Shown here: positions 21,259-30,988 of the stretch, piece after piece
Layout: each line of letters starts with the position of its first letter
Position numbering within the stretch: position 1 is the stretch's first letter
Origin: a virus
DNA length: 64,000 nucleotides
Strand: one strand, 5' to 3'
IMG/VR virus record: IMGVR_UViG_3300028392_000059
Location: 1 to 64,000 of that record
Program-made: the position numbers and the translations under genes
The notes under the pieces: model-generated
The model's database searches: none
What the model saw: only the letters and a program-made list of their open reading frames with translations
What the model was told of the DNA's origin: nothing

Positions 21259-21590
21259 AGACTAATCTTATCTCCTCCAACAGCATTCATCATTTTCTGG
21301 AAGAATGCTGATTGAACCAAGGTATCAGCAGGATTACCTGAGCCCTTTCCAGGATTATAGATACGATCAAGACTAGGAAATAACTTCCACGGCTTTTCTT
21401 TAACACCTTGTGCTTGAATTATTTTAGAGGCACGATCATCATCACGCCAGCCATAAGGACGACGTTCAAAATAATCATACCAACCTAATAATTCATCATA
21501 AGGCATTTCATCTTTGAGTTTGTAAACAGGCATTCCCAAATGCAAAGCTATCTCATAAAGAGATAACTCATCATCTGTTAATCGGACTTT
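21255..21590 (-). CDS. tail assembly chaperone, frameshifted (gpT-like) portion
   Basis: the -1 frame from GGGAAAG is open: KVRLTDDELSLYEIALHLGMPV... Confidence 0.8.
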   Translation of the reverse strand, partial: KVRLTDDELSLYEIALHLGMPVYKLKDEMPYDELLGWYDYFERRPYGWRDDDRASKIIQAQGVKEKPWKLFPSLDRIYNPGKGSGNPADTLVQSAFFQKMMNAVGGDKISL

Positions 21591-21901
21591 CCCTGATCGT
21601 TACCAATACCCGAAAACTTCATGATTTCATTAGAGAGCTTCGAAAGCTCATCCATAGGCCAATTCTCAAAGTGTGCATCTTCAAGATCAGCACCACCTTC
21701 AACAGAAGCACGAATAATAGTACGAAGAATATCAAGACCTGCTTCTTCGTCAGTTTCCAGAGCCTTAGCCTTTTCCTGGATAATCTTAACTTCAGCAACG
21801 GTCAGCTTTGCAATCTTAACGTCAGTTCCAATGAACTTGACATTCTTGGTCATGCGGTGACCAATAAGAGCCATAATACCAGACTTCATAATATCAACCA
21901 T
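21578..21901 (-). CDS. tail assembly chaperone (gpG-like)
   Basis: 107 aa between tail tube and tape measure; ends QGKSD. Confidence 0.8.
   Translation of the reverse strand: MVDIMKSGIMALIGHRMTKNVKFIGTDVKIAKLTVAEVKIIQEKAKALETDEEAGLDILRTIIRASVEGGADLEDAHFENWPMDELSKLSNEIMKFSGIGNDQGKSD
21587..21593 (-). other. programmed -1 frameshift site G-GGA-AAG
   Basis: same heptamer as the lambda G/GT site; joins the two chaperone frames. Confidence 0.85.
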
Positions 21902-21902
21902 T

Positions 21903-22139
21903 TTAATTACCCTTAAACTTTTCCGAATTAGCCTGCTGAAAATCATCAAGCTGCTTACGCATTTGGTGAAGAATTGCAAGTGTGTTATAGACTTCCAAAG
22001 ACTTCTCAGGCATGCTGTCAAATTCAGCAACACGATCAAACGTCTTTCGAATACTGATATCAATACTCTTACGCATGTGCTTAGCAGTTGTGCCAAGCAC
22101 GTAACTCATATCGAAGGGCCGATTGGCTTCTTCAGTCAT
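21903..22139 (-). CDS. hypothetical tail-region protein
   Basis: 78-aa ORF with purine-rich RBS. Confidence 0.65.
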   Translation of the reverse strand: MTEEANRPFDMSYVLGTTAKHMRKSIDISIRKTFDRVAEFDSMPEKSLEVYNTLAILHQMRKQLDDFQQANSEKFKGN

Positions 22140-22156
22140 AATCTCTCTTTCTAATT

Positions 22157-22181
22157 GGGGACGCCCTTGTGAGACGTCCCC
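22157..22181 (-). terminator. hairpin after the tail tube gene
   Basis: GGGGACGTCT-CACAA-GGGCGTCCCC with 2 G-U pairs on minus; U-tract only on the plus side. Confidence 0.55.
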
Positions 22182-22190
22182 TTTTTAACA

Positions 22191-22778
22191 TTAGATGGTG
22201 TAAGCACCCCAGAACTGACCCTGAATAGACAGAGTCAGCGTAGCAGTGTTTGCATCAGTAAGCTGCGGAGCAACAGTGAGCGCTTCGAACTTACCAACCC
22301 AGTAATACTGCGAGTTTTGCACAGTACCAATACCAGCAGCGGTAGAAGCATAAGCTGTTGCAGTAGTACCAGTCGGCTTAGCATTCATAACCGCAAGGCG
22401 GAAAGGATACTGCTTACCGTTACCAACCAGCGGAGCAAGAAGCGAAGTGCTATCAAGACCCCATTCGTTGGAAACATAGTTCAGTGTAAGCTCAAGCGAA
22501 GGTGCATCCGCCTGACCCTGAACCTGCGAAGACGTTGCCTGACCATAGGTAGGAACGTTAACAATATTAGCAGGTGTACCAATCGGAGGATACTCACGAA
22601 TGTTGTCCATGCTGACAAACGTACCAGCAGCACGCGTACCACCAACAGTAGGGATTTCAGTAACAAAGAGAGCCTGCCAACCAGCAGCAGTAGTCGGAAA
22701 GGTGGTAACGTCAGTTGTCGGAAGAGCAACGGAGAGATCAGTATAGATACCCGCGCCAATACCAGAGATATGTGCCAT
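22191..22778 (-). CDS. major tail tube protein
   Basis: IREYPPIGTPANIVNVPTYG..S.Q..GQADAP.LELTLNYV; strong codon bias. Confidence 0.85.
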   Translation of the reverse strand: MAHISGIGAGIYTDLSVALPTTDVTTFPTTAAGWQALFVTEIPTVGGTRAAGTFVSMDNIREYPPIGTPANIVNVPTYGQATSSQVQGQADAPSLELTLNYVSNEWGLDSTSLLAPLVGNGKQYPFRLAVMNAKPTGTTATAYASTAAGIGTVQNSQYYWVGKFEALTVAPQLTDANTATLTLSIQGQFWGAYTI

Positions 22779-22780
22779 TT

Positions 22781-23188
22781 TTAATTAACTCCAAACAAAT
22801 TAAACGGTATTGTGTATTGTGAACGCACAAGTGTCTTGTTGTCACTATCAATGCCCTTAGGCACCATAGTGCTACGATCAAACTGCACGTTTCGGCTTGC
22901 AGAAATGATTACAGTTTTGTTGCACAGATAATCATCTAGCTTATCAGCTATAGCAGAAGCTCTTGACGGACCAAGGCCGCTGGCTGTATAGATATCAATA
23001 ATGACAATACCTGAAATTGAAACACGATTAATGCCCTTACCAGAAGGTATAATCGTTACTTTAACGAATTCATCACCAGCGTTTGAAGCTACAACATCTT
23101 GCGGAAATGTCTTTATATTTTCGGCTGTCCAGGTATTCAGACCAAAAATTGAAAAGATAGCTTGCTGTGTAGCACTATATCTTCCCAT
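22781..23188 (-). CDS. tail terminator protein
   Basis: GIVIIDIYT..G.G..RA..IAD.L; synteny. Confidence 0.7.
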   Translation of the reverse strand: MGRYSATQQAIFSIFGLNTWTAENIKTFPQDVVASNAGDEFVKVTIIPSGKGINRVSISGIVIIDIYTASGLGPSRASAIADKLDDYLCNKTVIISASRNVQFDRSTMVPKGIDSDNKTLVRSQYTIPFNLFGVN

Positions 23189-23189
23189 A

Positions 23190-23543
23190 TTAAACTTCCC
23201 TAAAGATATTGAATATCCATACTCTTCCAGTTTCCTTGAGAGCATCACCAATACGCCACGTATTACCACTGTAAGAAAGCGTATCGTACAACGACAAACT
23301 TCCAACGTCAATGGCTTTTACCATCACCGTCTTTGTGATTGTATTGGAATTCTTTTGAGGCTTTTTCTGGTCAAGTTCAATCAATTTGATTGTAACAGGA
23401 GTGTCAGAAGTTTTAGAAAGTGTACCTGCATTAAAATCAAATGTTGCAGATAATGCCTTTGTAAATGTAGCATCTACAGCAAGATCTTTAACTTTGTTGA
23501 ATGCAGATACAACTTGCCTATCAATCAGCGCAGCATAACTCAC
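23190..23543 (-). CDS. head closure protein
   Basis: beta-rich, about 117 aa, between adaptor and terminator. Confidence 0.65.
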   Translation of the reverse strand: MSYAALIDRQVVSAFNKVKDLAVDATFTKALSATFDFNAGTLSKTSDTPVTIKLIELDQKKPQKNSNTITKTVMVKAIDVGSLSLYDTLSYSGNTWRIGDALKETGRVWIFNIFREV

Positions 23544-24013
23544 CAAGCCCTCCAAACGTTGAAGGCACCTTTGTTAATCAGAAGTGGTTGAAAGATACGC
23601 TTAACATGTAAGGGTATGACAGACGCATTCCTAATATTGGTAAGATTAATAGGACCAAGCTGAAGGTTTTCTACCAAACCTGTATTATCTAGAAGACCAT
23701 CATTGTTTAACAAATGATAGCTAAGCTCATAAGTAGCTGTTAGAATACGCGTTGGCGTAGTATCAGTATTTACTTGCCTACCTAGACGAGGATCAAAGTA
23801 TGAGATTATACGCGGAAATGCCAGAAGTTGAGTGTCACTTACAGCAAATCCATCCCATGTCAGATTGTCAAGTAAAGCCGTTGCAGTGACCAAAGCTTGT
23901 GCTTTTTGTGTATCACTTGCTTGTTCCCAAGCAGCAACGTCTAAACGGTCTGCAAAATAACTATTGGCTTCATCAACCGTAACATAGCTATTAACATTTT
24001 TGGAAAGTGCCAT
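23540..24013 (-). CDS. head-tail adaptor
   Basis: NSYVTVDEANSYF, ALVTAT..LD, Q.LAFPR motifs; follows the capsid gene. Confidence 0.8.
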   Translation of the reverse strand: MALSKNVNSYVTVDEANSYFADRLDVAAWEQASDTQKAQALVTATALLDNLTWDGFAVSDTQLLAFPRIISYFDPRLGRQVNTDTTPTRILTATYELSYHLLNNDGLLDNTGLVENLQLGPINLTNIRNASVIPLHVKRIFQPLLINKGAFNVWRAW

Positions 24014-24027
24014 AAGTGACTACTCTA

Positions 24028-25215
24028 TTACTGGTGGAAGATCGGCAGAATACCGAGCGACAGAGCAGACATAGCCTTACGCTGCCAAATGCCACGCACG
24101 TTGGCAATGTTAGCATCAACCATACCAGCGACTGTACGCTTAGTAGTACCATCCATAACCGACATATAGTCAGCATCCGACGGGAAAGCTTCTTCAGGAC
24201 CGGCCCAGCTATAACCAGCAGGAGCGACCACATAACCCCAACGATGCCACACTTCAGTGGTACCACCACCCTGATAAGCACCCGGATTACGGAAGATTTC
24301 AGTATCATCAGGGATAGCAAGCGATTCCATCGCAAGCGCACCCGGAAGCACGATAAACGATGTAAACGAGTTAGCCGTAATATCAACACCAGCACCAATA
24401 TTCAGCTTTGTGATTTCCGCAGAAGTCAAAGCAGTATTAGCACGCGTGTTAATCAGACGAAACTTGCCCTGGAAGATAGTCGAAAACTCGACATTACCAT
24501 CAACAACACGATCTTCATCAACAAGGTTAGCCGAACGCAGCGAAGCCATAATAGCCGGGCTGGTAACAAGGTAAGCATAATCGGGCTCATAGTCTTTATA
24601 AGCCATACCAAAGGCACGAATAAAGGCTTCAGCACGAGCAGCACCCTGCACAGCAGCAGTAGCAGCAATAACAGGAGCAGCACCAAGGTCAACATAGAAA
24701 CCATAACGACGATCAGTAGGATCATTGTAGAAGGTTTGACCACCAAGACCAGCAGAACCACTACCAGTAGCAGCACCGTTAAGCACTTCCGAAACGGCAA
24801 CACCCTTAAGCACAGACAGAATAGCGTTATGCTCATCTTGTGCATGCGTCTCACCAAAGTCACGACCAAGCTTAGCAAGACCATCAACCTGCGTCACAAC
24901 CTGCTGCAGATTAATCTTTTCATAACCATGCGTACGCACAGTCTTAATGTACTGCTGATAGTCAGAACCATAAGTGGTCTTGGTACCAGCGGTAGAGTCA
25001 GTAAGCGAGGCAACGTTAATGGTAGGGTTCAGCGGCTTAAACCAGCGCATCTGACCAATAAACGTTTCAGTAGCAGTATCAATCTGCGGGTTACCACTAA
25101 CAATAGCGGTAGACGACAGCTTCTTTGCATTAGTATAGGCTTCGTCGGAATACGCGCCAAGCGTCTCCTGAAGCACAAAGTTAGTAGCGCCAGCAGGCGA
25201 AACCGGAGTAGGCAT
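24028..25215 (-). CDS. major capsid protein
   Basis: 395 aa after the scaffold, before the adaptor; strongest codon bias in the window. Confidence 0.85.
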   Translation of the reverse strand: MPTPVSPAGATNFVLQETLGAYSDEAYTNAKKLSSTAIVSGNPQIDTATETFIGQMRWFKPLNPTINVASLTDSTAGTKTTYGSDYQQYIKTVRTHGYEKINLQQVVTQVDGLAKLGRDFGETHAQDEHNAILSVLKGVAVSEVLNGAATGSGSAGLGGQTFYNDPTDRRYGFYVDLGAAPVIAATAAVQGAARAEAFIRAFGMAYKDYEPDYAYLVTSPAIMASLRSANLVDEDRVVDGNVEFSTIFQGKFRLINTRANTALTSAEITKLNIGAGVDITANSFTSFIVLPGALAMESLAIPDDTEIFRNPGAYQGGGTTEVWHRWGYVVAPAGYSWAGPEEAFPSDADYMSVMDGTTKRTVAGMVDANIANVRGIWQRKAMSALSLGILPIFHQ

Positions 25216-25228
25216 TTAATTAATTCCC

Positions 25229-25924
25229 TTAGGCACGCTTACGGAGATTTCCTTCCGCAGCAAGTTTCAGAACATCAGCCTGAGACATACCAAAGAGTGA
25301 CTTACCCTTTGTATCTGCAGGTGTTGTAGTTGTTGTAGTTGTTGATGTACCGCCACCAGACGAACGCTTAGCCTTAAGCAAGAATGAATTGTCATCGTGC
25401 TCTAAGAAAGACTTAACGAATGCTGCAATAGTAACACCGCTCCTATGAACCCATTCACCAGCATCATTCTTATGAAGTTCAGATGTAATGTCACGCTTTG
25501 CCATTTCAGCAGCTTTGGCATTTCTGAATTCGTATCCTGCAAGAACATTGCTAACGGCAATATCGCGCGTGTTCACTACATCACGCTCTTCAAGCTCACG
25601 AATCTTAGCTTCCATGTCGGCACGCTCACGTTCGAAAGCTTCTTGCAATTTACCTTCATCTTTAAGACGCTGAGTCTCACGATCACGATCAGCCTTTTCA
25701 CGTTCAGCAAGCTTCTTTGCGGCATCATCACGAGCAGCATAGGCAGCATCAAGCTTACGCTTCATATCTGCTTTAGCTTCGTCAATCGCCTTTTGAACTT
25801 CTGTACGCTTGTCTTCAGCTTCAACGGGAGTACCATCTTCGTTCTTTGTCGGATCGTAGTCAGGATTATCAATCATCTGACCTTCATTTTCAGGATCAGG
25901 GATTTGCTTAGGATTAACTAACAT
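25229..25924 (-). CDS. capsid scaffolding protein
   Basis: acidic N-terminus, coiled coil, FLLK...SGGG C-terminal pattern. Confidence 0.8.
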   Translation of the reverse strand: MLVNPKQIPDPENEGQMIDNPDYDPTKNEDGTPVEAEDKRTEVQKAIDEAKADMKRKLDAAYAARDDAAKKLAEREKADRDRETQRLKDEGKLQEAFERERADMEAKIRELEERDVVNTRDIAVSNVLAGYEFRNAKAAEMAKRDITSELHKNDAGEWVHRSGVTIAAFVKSFLEHDDNSFLLKAKRSSGGGTSTTTTTTTPADTKGKSLFGMSQADVLKLAAEGNLRKRA

Positions 25925-26035
25925 TATTCTTAGTCCTTTGAGTACAACTCATGAAATACAAGAGCACGGCTCTTATACTAAACTATGTAGATATAGGTCA
26001 TTTCAACACACAAGTTTTCCTGACCCATACCTGGG

Positions 26036-26051
26036 TTAATTTAACGGGGTC
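26036..26051 (-). promoter_or_regulatory. putative phage promoter (GACCCCGTTAAATTAA)
   Basis: exact copy of the motif, upstream of scaffold/capsid. Confidence 0.8.
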
Positions 26052-26055
26052 TGCA

Positions 26056-29000
26056 TTACCCGACGCCATACCATCCATGATTCTGCTCAAAATCATACGG
26101 AGCGTCTTCTAAGATATCCTCAACAGTCAATATGTCTTCTTTGGTAAGAATACGATCACCAACTTTTGATTTACCGGCGACAGGTATCAGTCCTTTATCA
26201 ATTGCTTCTTGCAAGTAAGCATCGTAACTTGCTTTTGGAAGACCTCTAGCAAGCATTTCATCTAGTGTCATTTTAACAACATTGTTAGTTAGCGTCTCGG
26301 CGTAAATACCACGAAGGGCTGTACGTCCAGGAAGCAAATCTGCAATGTTAGTAAAGAAAGCATCGTGAATAGTGCTCGTAGGAACATTATTACGTTTGCC
26401 CCATAAATGAAACTTCTTTACAATTACAGCGTCATTAGAGTGATTACCATTAACAGCAAATGCAGTACGTGCTTTAGTAGCATCTGCAATGTCGTTAATT
26501 TTACCTTCTTTGTTAAGAACCTCATCCCACCAGCTAGCAGTAGTCTTTTGAGGTACCATCAGAATATTAGTAGTCCAATTACCGTTTGCATCTTTGTAAA
26601 CAAGACGCTCTTCAAACGTCTGCGTGAAATTCTGCTCAATTACTTTACCATCAAAGTTTACCCAAGGAACATTTGTCCATGATTTAGGTAGATCATTCAT
26701 ACTTGTATAAGCAACAGACACTTCACTAGCCTTAGAAACATCTTTAAGTGTAGTGATACCAAGCTTGCTAGCTACATCACCAGCTACACCAAAATCTAAC
26801 TTCCAAAGCTTACGACCTACAGCACGGTCTTCAGGTATGTCAACACCAAGCAGCAAATCAGCAAGTCCGCTGTTAGGGTTCCATTTAGAAAATACCTTCT
26901 GCAATAGCTGTTCTGTAACAGGTGTATTTGCTGGTAAGCCAAGTACTTGTGATAACACTTTAGGCAGACGATAACCTTTACTGCGTTTACCACGAAGTGC
27001 AAGAGTTGCTACTGTCTTCCAACTGATATTAGCATTTGAAGGTTTAGCATTCGTAAGGTACTCTTGTGCCAACCTGCCAAAGAATTTTGTAAAGTCCTTA
27101 AGAATAGGAACCTGTTCAGCAAGATGATCACTCATGATATTAGCTATCTGTTTGAAGTCATCAGGTGTTACAATGCGTTCATACGACTGAGAAAGCTTTT
27201 CAACAATATCTTTTGTAGCAGGATCAAGAAACCAAAGTTGTTCCATTATCTGGTCGCCAGGGTCTTGTCCTTTGTTAAAGATATCTCTAACATCATCACG
27301 TAAAGAACGTAGCAGTTGTTCGCCCTCAGGGTCATATCGTGCTACACGTGCAATACGCGCATCAATTTCGTTGAGAACTTTTTGACGATCTGTAGCAGTA
27401 ACAACAAGTGTCCCTGAGTCTTTACCAAGCACTTTACCAAGCTTACCTTCTACGTTAAGAATACCAGTACGTTCACCAGCACCATAGAAAGTAACCATGT
27501 TTTGGGCTTTAGCAGCTTTCTGCAAGTCTTTAAGACCAAGTCCTAACTTTTCATTAATCTTTTTAAAGCGAGGATCATTATATGTTGATGCTGCAATTTC
27601 ATCGTATAGACGACGTTTTTGATTAGTCAACACAACATTAGAAAGGCCAGCTAATTGCTTATTACGCGTAGTAAGTGCAATAATCTGAGCGCCAGATGAA
27701 CTAGCGTCTTGTTCCATTGCAAGCGCAGTTTCAAACGTATCTAATGTGCCACCAGCAGCAAGATGACGATCTATTTTAGCTGTCTCAATTGCAAAACGAA
27801 AGAACTTACCTAACTCTTCACCATCAACACGCTGTACTGTAGGGTCTTCGAGAATAGCGCGTATATCAGCAGGCTTTGCACTGATCATACGTTCACCAAT
27901 TTCTCGAAGCTTAGGTCTCCAAGTAGCAGCAATCTTACGCCTACCCGTAAATGTAAGACTATCATATGGTCCTTCAAAGTGATCGCTAAGACCACCAAGA
28001 AAGGCACCAATCTGATCTGTCAAAGCGTCATTACCGTCATTACCGAGAATTTTAACTGCTTCTGTATTTAAGAAGGGCCTAAAACTCTCACCCGACTGCG
28101 GGCTTATAAGACCACGGTCATAAACGCGAGCACGATGGTCAATGAACGGATGATTGCTAAATGCAGCATCTTTCTCACGTAACCACTGCATAGATTTAAA
28201 GCGCTCGTAGGCGTCACCACGAGAACTAATGTAATGCTTGTACTCATTCAAATCATCATAAAAAGCTGCTTTACCGCGATCATCTTTGAAGTAAAGAAGC
28301 TTTTGGGTAAAGTCATAAAAGTCCGGATCAACCTTATACTTTGTTTTAGAAGCCCACGTTAGTGCATCAACGAGCTGCTTGTCAACAAACTTAACAGGGA
28401 AATCGCTATATGATGACGTAGAGGTAATTGGGATACGCGTATCATAAAGGCCGAGAACGCCCCTGTCGATGAAATACGTCTTGTAGCCTTCGCGGAATAG
28501 CAGACGATTTTTGTCATTTATAACTCCAACACGTAATCCAAGCTCAACTTGCCTTGTAAGCTTTGAATAGGCAGCAATACGAGGATCAATAACATTTACA
28601 TAATATGATACAGTGTCATAGTACGGACCGAAATATGCACCAGACAGGCGTGAACGCATTCTACGCTTTTGAACACCAAATGTATCAATCTCAAACAGAT
28701 GCCCAGCTTTCTTCTCAAGAATGTTAAGACCCGTTTGATACCATTGTTTGCGATTACCATTAAGATTTGCAAGATTATAAAGATCACGACCAAGTGATAC
28801 AGCAAGCGAGTCTCTATCAGGAGAATCAGCCATACCAAGCTTATGTGCAAATCTAAGGTAAAACTGCTGCATTTGTGAGTCGTCAATCCGACCACGTAAC
28901 CGTAAAGGGATTGTAGTGTCGAACACGCCTTTAAGTTCAGCAGCTATTTGAGGAGCTACTCTATCTTCCCATGCATTGCGTGCTACAATATTCTTAACAA

Positions 29001-30708
29001 AGTTTCTTTCAAGAGTGTCAAGCTGTGTACGACCAAGAACAGGATCAATGTAATCATCGTCTACCAGCTTTTTGAGAACATCTTGCCCTTTACGGATTTG
29101 AGTTTCAATAGCGTCAGAGACATTCATAACATCAAACTTAACTTGTGATTGCGCTACAGCTTTAAAGTTACCCCAAACTTCACGGTTATCTCGATAACGG
29201 CCGATTACAACACGAAGGTTATCAGCAATAACAGCACGCTCATTCATACTAAGCTTTAAAGAAACATCGTCAAGAACTTTATTAATGAAAGCTTTGTCAT
29301 CGTCTTTAAGGCTTACACTCTCATTTACACGACGAACAGCACCTTCAAAGACTTCAGCGTTAGGTTGATACAAACGAACGTCATCATACCTACCTGTAAG
29401 CGGATTGAAACGCAACTGCTCTTCAGTAGGAGGAGATTGGAGTACTCTACGCTTTGTAGCTTTCTTCGTATGCAAGAGTGTACCACGATAGTTTGTCAAT
29501 GATAACGTACCATCAAGCTCACCTGCTTGCAACAAATAATAGTCTACAAGAGTATTACGCATGTTATATAAATCTTCAGGCGTAGCAGCGCCAAGTTGCA
29601 TAGCATCTAGTTTAGCTTTTGCATCGGCAAATTTACGTGTATCACCAGGGATTGTATAGCTATCAGCAGTCAGCTGACGAAGCTCTTTGATACCAATTGT
29701 GTTACCGTTCGGATTGCTAAACTTGTCAACAGTCAGTTTGTTTGTATTCAAAAGATCAACTGACTTGTAATCACCAAGATGACGCAACTGTACATCCGAA
29801 GGTTGACGCTTAAGCCAATCATTATAGCTTTCTCTTAACGGTGTCTGACCGTCATAGTATGCTTGTTGCTTCGGCGTGAGGTTTGCAAGGTTTCTTTTTC
29901 TTACTTCCGCAGCACTTTCCAAAGAACCAATATCAGACCAAGACTTAAACACAGGTATAGTCGTAGAACGACAGTTCCAGTGAGCAGGCGGTAGGTGCTC
30001 CACATCACCAACGGGGTAAATAACGCCGTCCCTATGAGAGCACAGAGGAGTAGTCCTTGAATCGAGAACGGCCACATACTGCCACCCATTAAGGGCTTTC
30101 TCATTAGCTTTGTAAACTTCATGATCCGCCTGTGCATGTACTGATGTGATACTTGTAGTAACCAGCGACTGTGCTTGGAAACGTGTGATTTTGTGAACGT
30201 TACCACGACGTACATCAAGAGCAATATCAGTTGCTGTTTTACCTTCTGAGATACCTTTACGAATTACAGCTTCAATACGTTGCTTTTCAAGAACAGACAT
30301 ACCGGCCCAACTTTGTGACAATGTCTTATCATTATACAAAGGACGTTCAAGCACAACTTCTTCAGCAACACGACGAGTAGGTCTTTGTGTGCGCCAAATC
30401 TTACCCATTACAGATTCCATGTTTTGATAAGCAAATGATGCTTGATCAGCAAACAAATCTAGTAATGAACGACGGTGAGTAGATTGTAATTCGGTATATG
30501 TATCTACGAGTTCTTTATCAATTGCTTCTCGTAGTGTTTCAAGACCTTTGGCAGATGTATGAGCATCTTGAATGAGCTTGTCAAGTCTAACTGTATGGCC
30601 GTCAATAACTAACGAAACCTTACCTTGTACTCGACGCTCATAAAGACGAATCATCGCCGCTCTATCAACAGCCTTGTCGTAAAGTTGTGTGTTAGCATTA
30701 ACGGCCAC
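26056..30708 (-). CDS. MuF (SPP1 gp7-like) minor head protein fused to a T7-family single-subunit RNA polymerase
   Basis: N-terminal YVAVLDSRTTPLC...PPAHWNCRSTTIP (MuF); C-terminal DHRARVY..ISPQ, motif A QDASSSGAQ, motif B K-x7-YG, NHSNDA, motif C IHDAF. Confidence 0.92.
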   Translation of the reverse strand: MAVNANTQLYDKAVDRAAMIRLYERRVQGKVSLVIDGHTVRLDKLIQDAHTSAKGLETLREAIDKELVDTYTELQSTHRRSLLDLFADQASFAYQNMESVMGKIWRTQRPTRRVAEEVVLERPLYNDKTLSQSWAGMSVLEKQRIEAVIRKGISEGKTATDIALDVRRGNVHKITRFQAQSLVTTSITSVHAQADHEVYKANEKALNGWQYVAVLDSRTTPLCSHRDGVIYPVGDVEHLPPAHWNCRSTTIPVFKSWSDIGSLESAAEVRKRNLANLTPKQQAYYDGQTPLRESYNDWLKRQPSDVQLRHLGDYKSVDLLNTNKLTVDKFSNPNGNTIGIKELRQLTADSYTIPGDTRKFADAKAKLDAMQLGAATPEDLYNMRNTLVDYYLLQAGELDGTLSLTNYRGTLLHTKKATKRRVLQSPPTEEQLRFNPLTGRYDDVRLYQPNAEVFEGAVRRVNESVSLKDDDKAFINKVLDDVSLKLSMNERAVIADNLRVVIGRYRDNREVWGNFKAVAQSQVKFDVMNVSDAIETQIRKGQDVLKKLVDDDYIDPVLGRTQLDTLERNFVKNIVARNAWEDRVAPQIAAELKGVFDTTIPLRLRGRIDDSQMQQFYLRFAHKLGMADSPDRDSLAVSLGRDLYNLANLNGNRKQWYQTGLNILEKKAGHLFEIDTFGVQKRRMRSRLSGAYFGPYYDTVSYYVNVIDPRIAAYSKLTRQVELGLRVGVINDKNRLLFREGYKTYFIDRGVLGLYDTRIPITSTSSYSDFPVKFVDKQLVDALTWASKTKYKVDPDFYDFTQKLLYFKDDRGKAAFYDDLNEYKHYISSRGDAYERFKSMQWLREKDAAFSNHPFIDHRARVYDRGLISPQSGESFRPFLNTEAVKILGNDGNDALTDQIGAFLGGLSDHFEGPYDSLTFTGRRKIAATWRPKLREIGERMISAKPADIRAILEDPTVQRVDGEELGKFFRFAIETAKIDRHLAAGGTLDTFETALAMEQDASSSGAQIIALTTRNKQLAGLSNVVLTNQKRRLYDEIAASTYNDPRFKKINEKLGLGLKDLQKAAKAQNMVTFYGAGERTGILNVEGKLGKVLGKDSGTLVVTATDRQKVLNEIDARIARVARYDPEGEQLLRSLRDDVRDIFNKGQDPGDQIMEQLWFLDPATKDIVEKLSQSYERIVTPDDFKQIANIMSDHLAEQVPILKDFTKFFGRLAQEYLTNAKPSNANISWKTVATLALRGKRSKGYRLPKVLSQVLGLPANTPVTEQLLQKVFSKWNPNSGLADLLLGVDIPEDRAVGRKLWKLDFGVAGDVASKLGITTLKDVSKASEVSVAYTSMNDLPKSWTNVPWVNFDGKVIEQNFTQTFEERLVYKDANGNWTTNILMVPQKTTASWWDEVLNKEGKINDIADATKARTAFAVNGNHSNDAVIVKKFHLWGKRNNVPTSTIHDAFFTNIADLLPGRTALRGIYAETLTNNVVKMTLDEMLARGLPKASYDAYLQEAIDKGLIPVAGKSKVGDRILTKEDILTVEDILEDAPYDFEQNHGWYGVG

Positions 30709-30712
30709 AGTT

Positions 30713-30988
30713 TTATCCTTTTAGCTTATCACGAATAACTAAGTAAAGCCAGATAATGTTACCTATTAAGAGAACAATACCGGCACTTAGTGCGAACCAA
30801 TAGTGTAAATCAGCAAAGAAGAAAATATTCCAAACGCCCCAAGCTATGTAAAAGCCTGTCATGGGCCAAGAAATACCCTTTACTTCGCGATCTTTGATGT
30901 ATTGAAATACATTCATCCAAGCGATAATTGCTCCGACACCCTCAAAGAACATTACAATTAAGTCATTGTTTAACACAATACTTTCCAT
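30713..30988 (-). CDS. 3-TM PQ-loop/SemiSWEET-like membrane protein
   Basis: three TM helices with Y.K.REVKGISW loop and GVW; PQ dipeptide absent. Confidence 0.6.
   Translation of the reverse strand: MESIVLNNDLIVMFFEGVGAIIAWMNVFQYIKDREVKGISWPMTGFYIAWGVWNIFFFADLHYWFALSAGIVLLIGNIIWLYLVIRDKLKG

Noticed and set aside
24016-25329. 437-aa plus-strand ORF antisense to capsid and scaffold
   Set aside because: Shadow of strong codon bias; Ser/Thr/Arg-rich with no recognisable motifs
25320-25350. Imperfect trinucleotide repeat (TGT/AGT)
   Set aside because: Encodes the poly-Thr linker of the scaffold protein
29831-29845. Partial promoter motif TTAACGGTGTC inside the RNAP gene
   Set aside because: Lacks the TTAA half and is intragenic; may be chance
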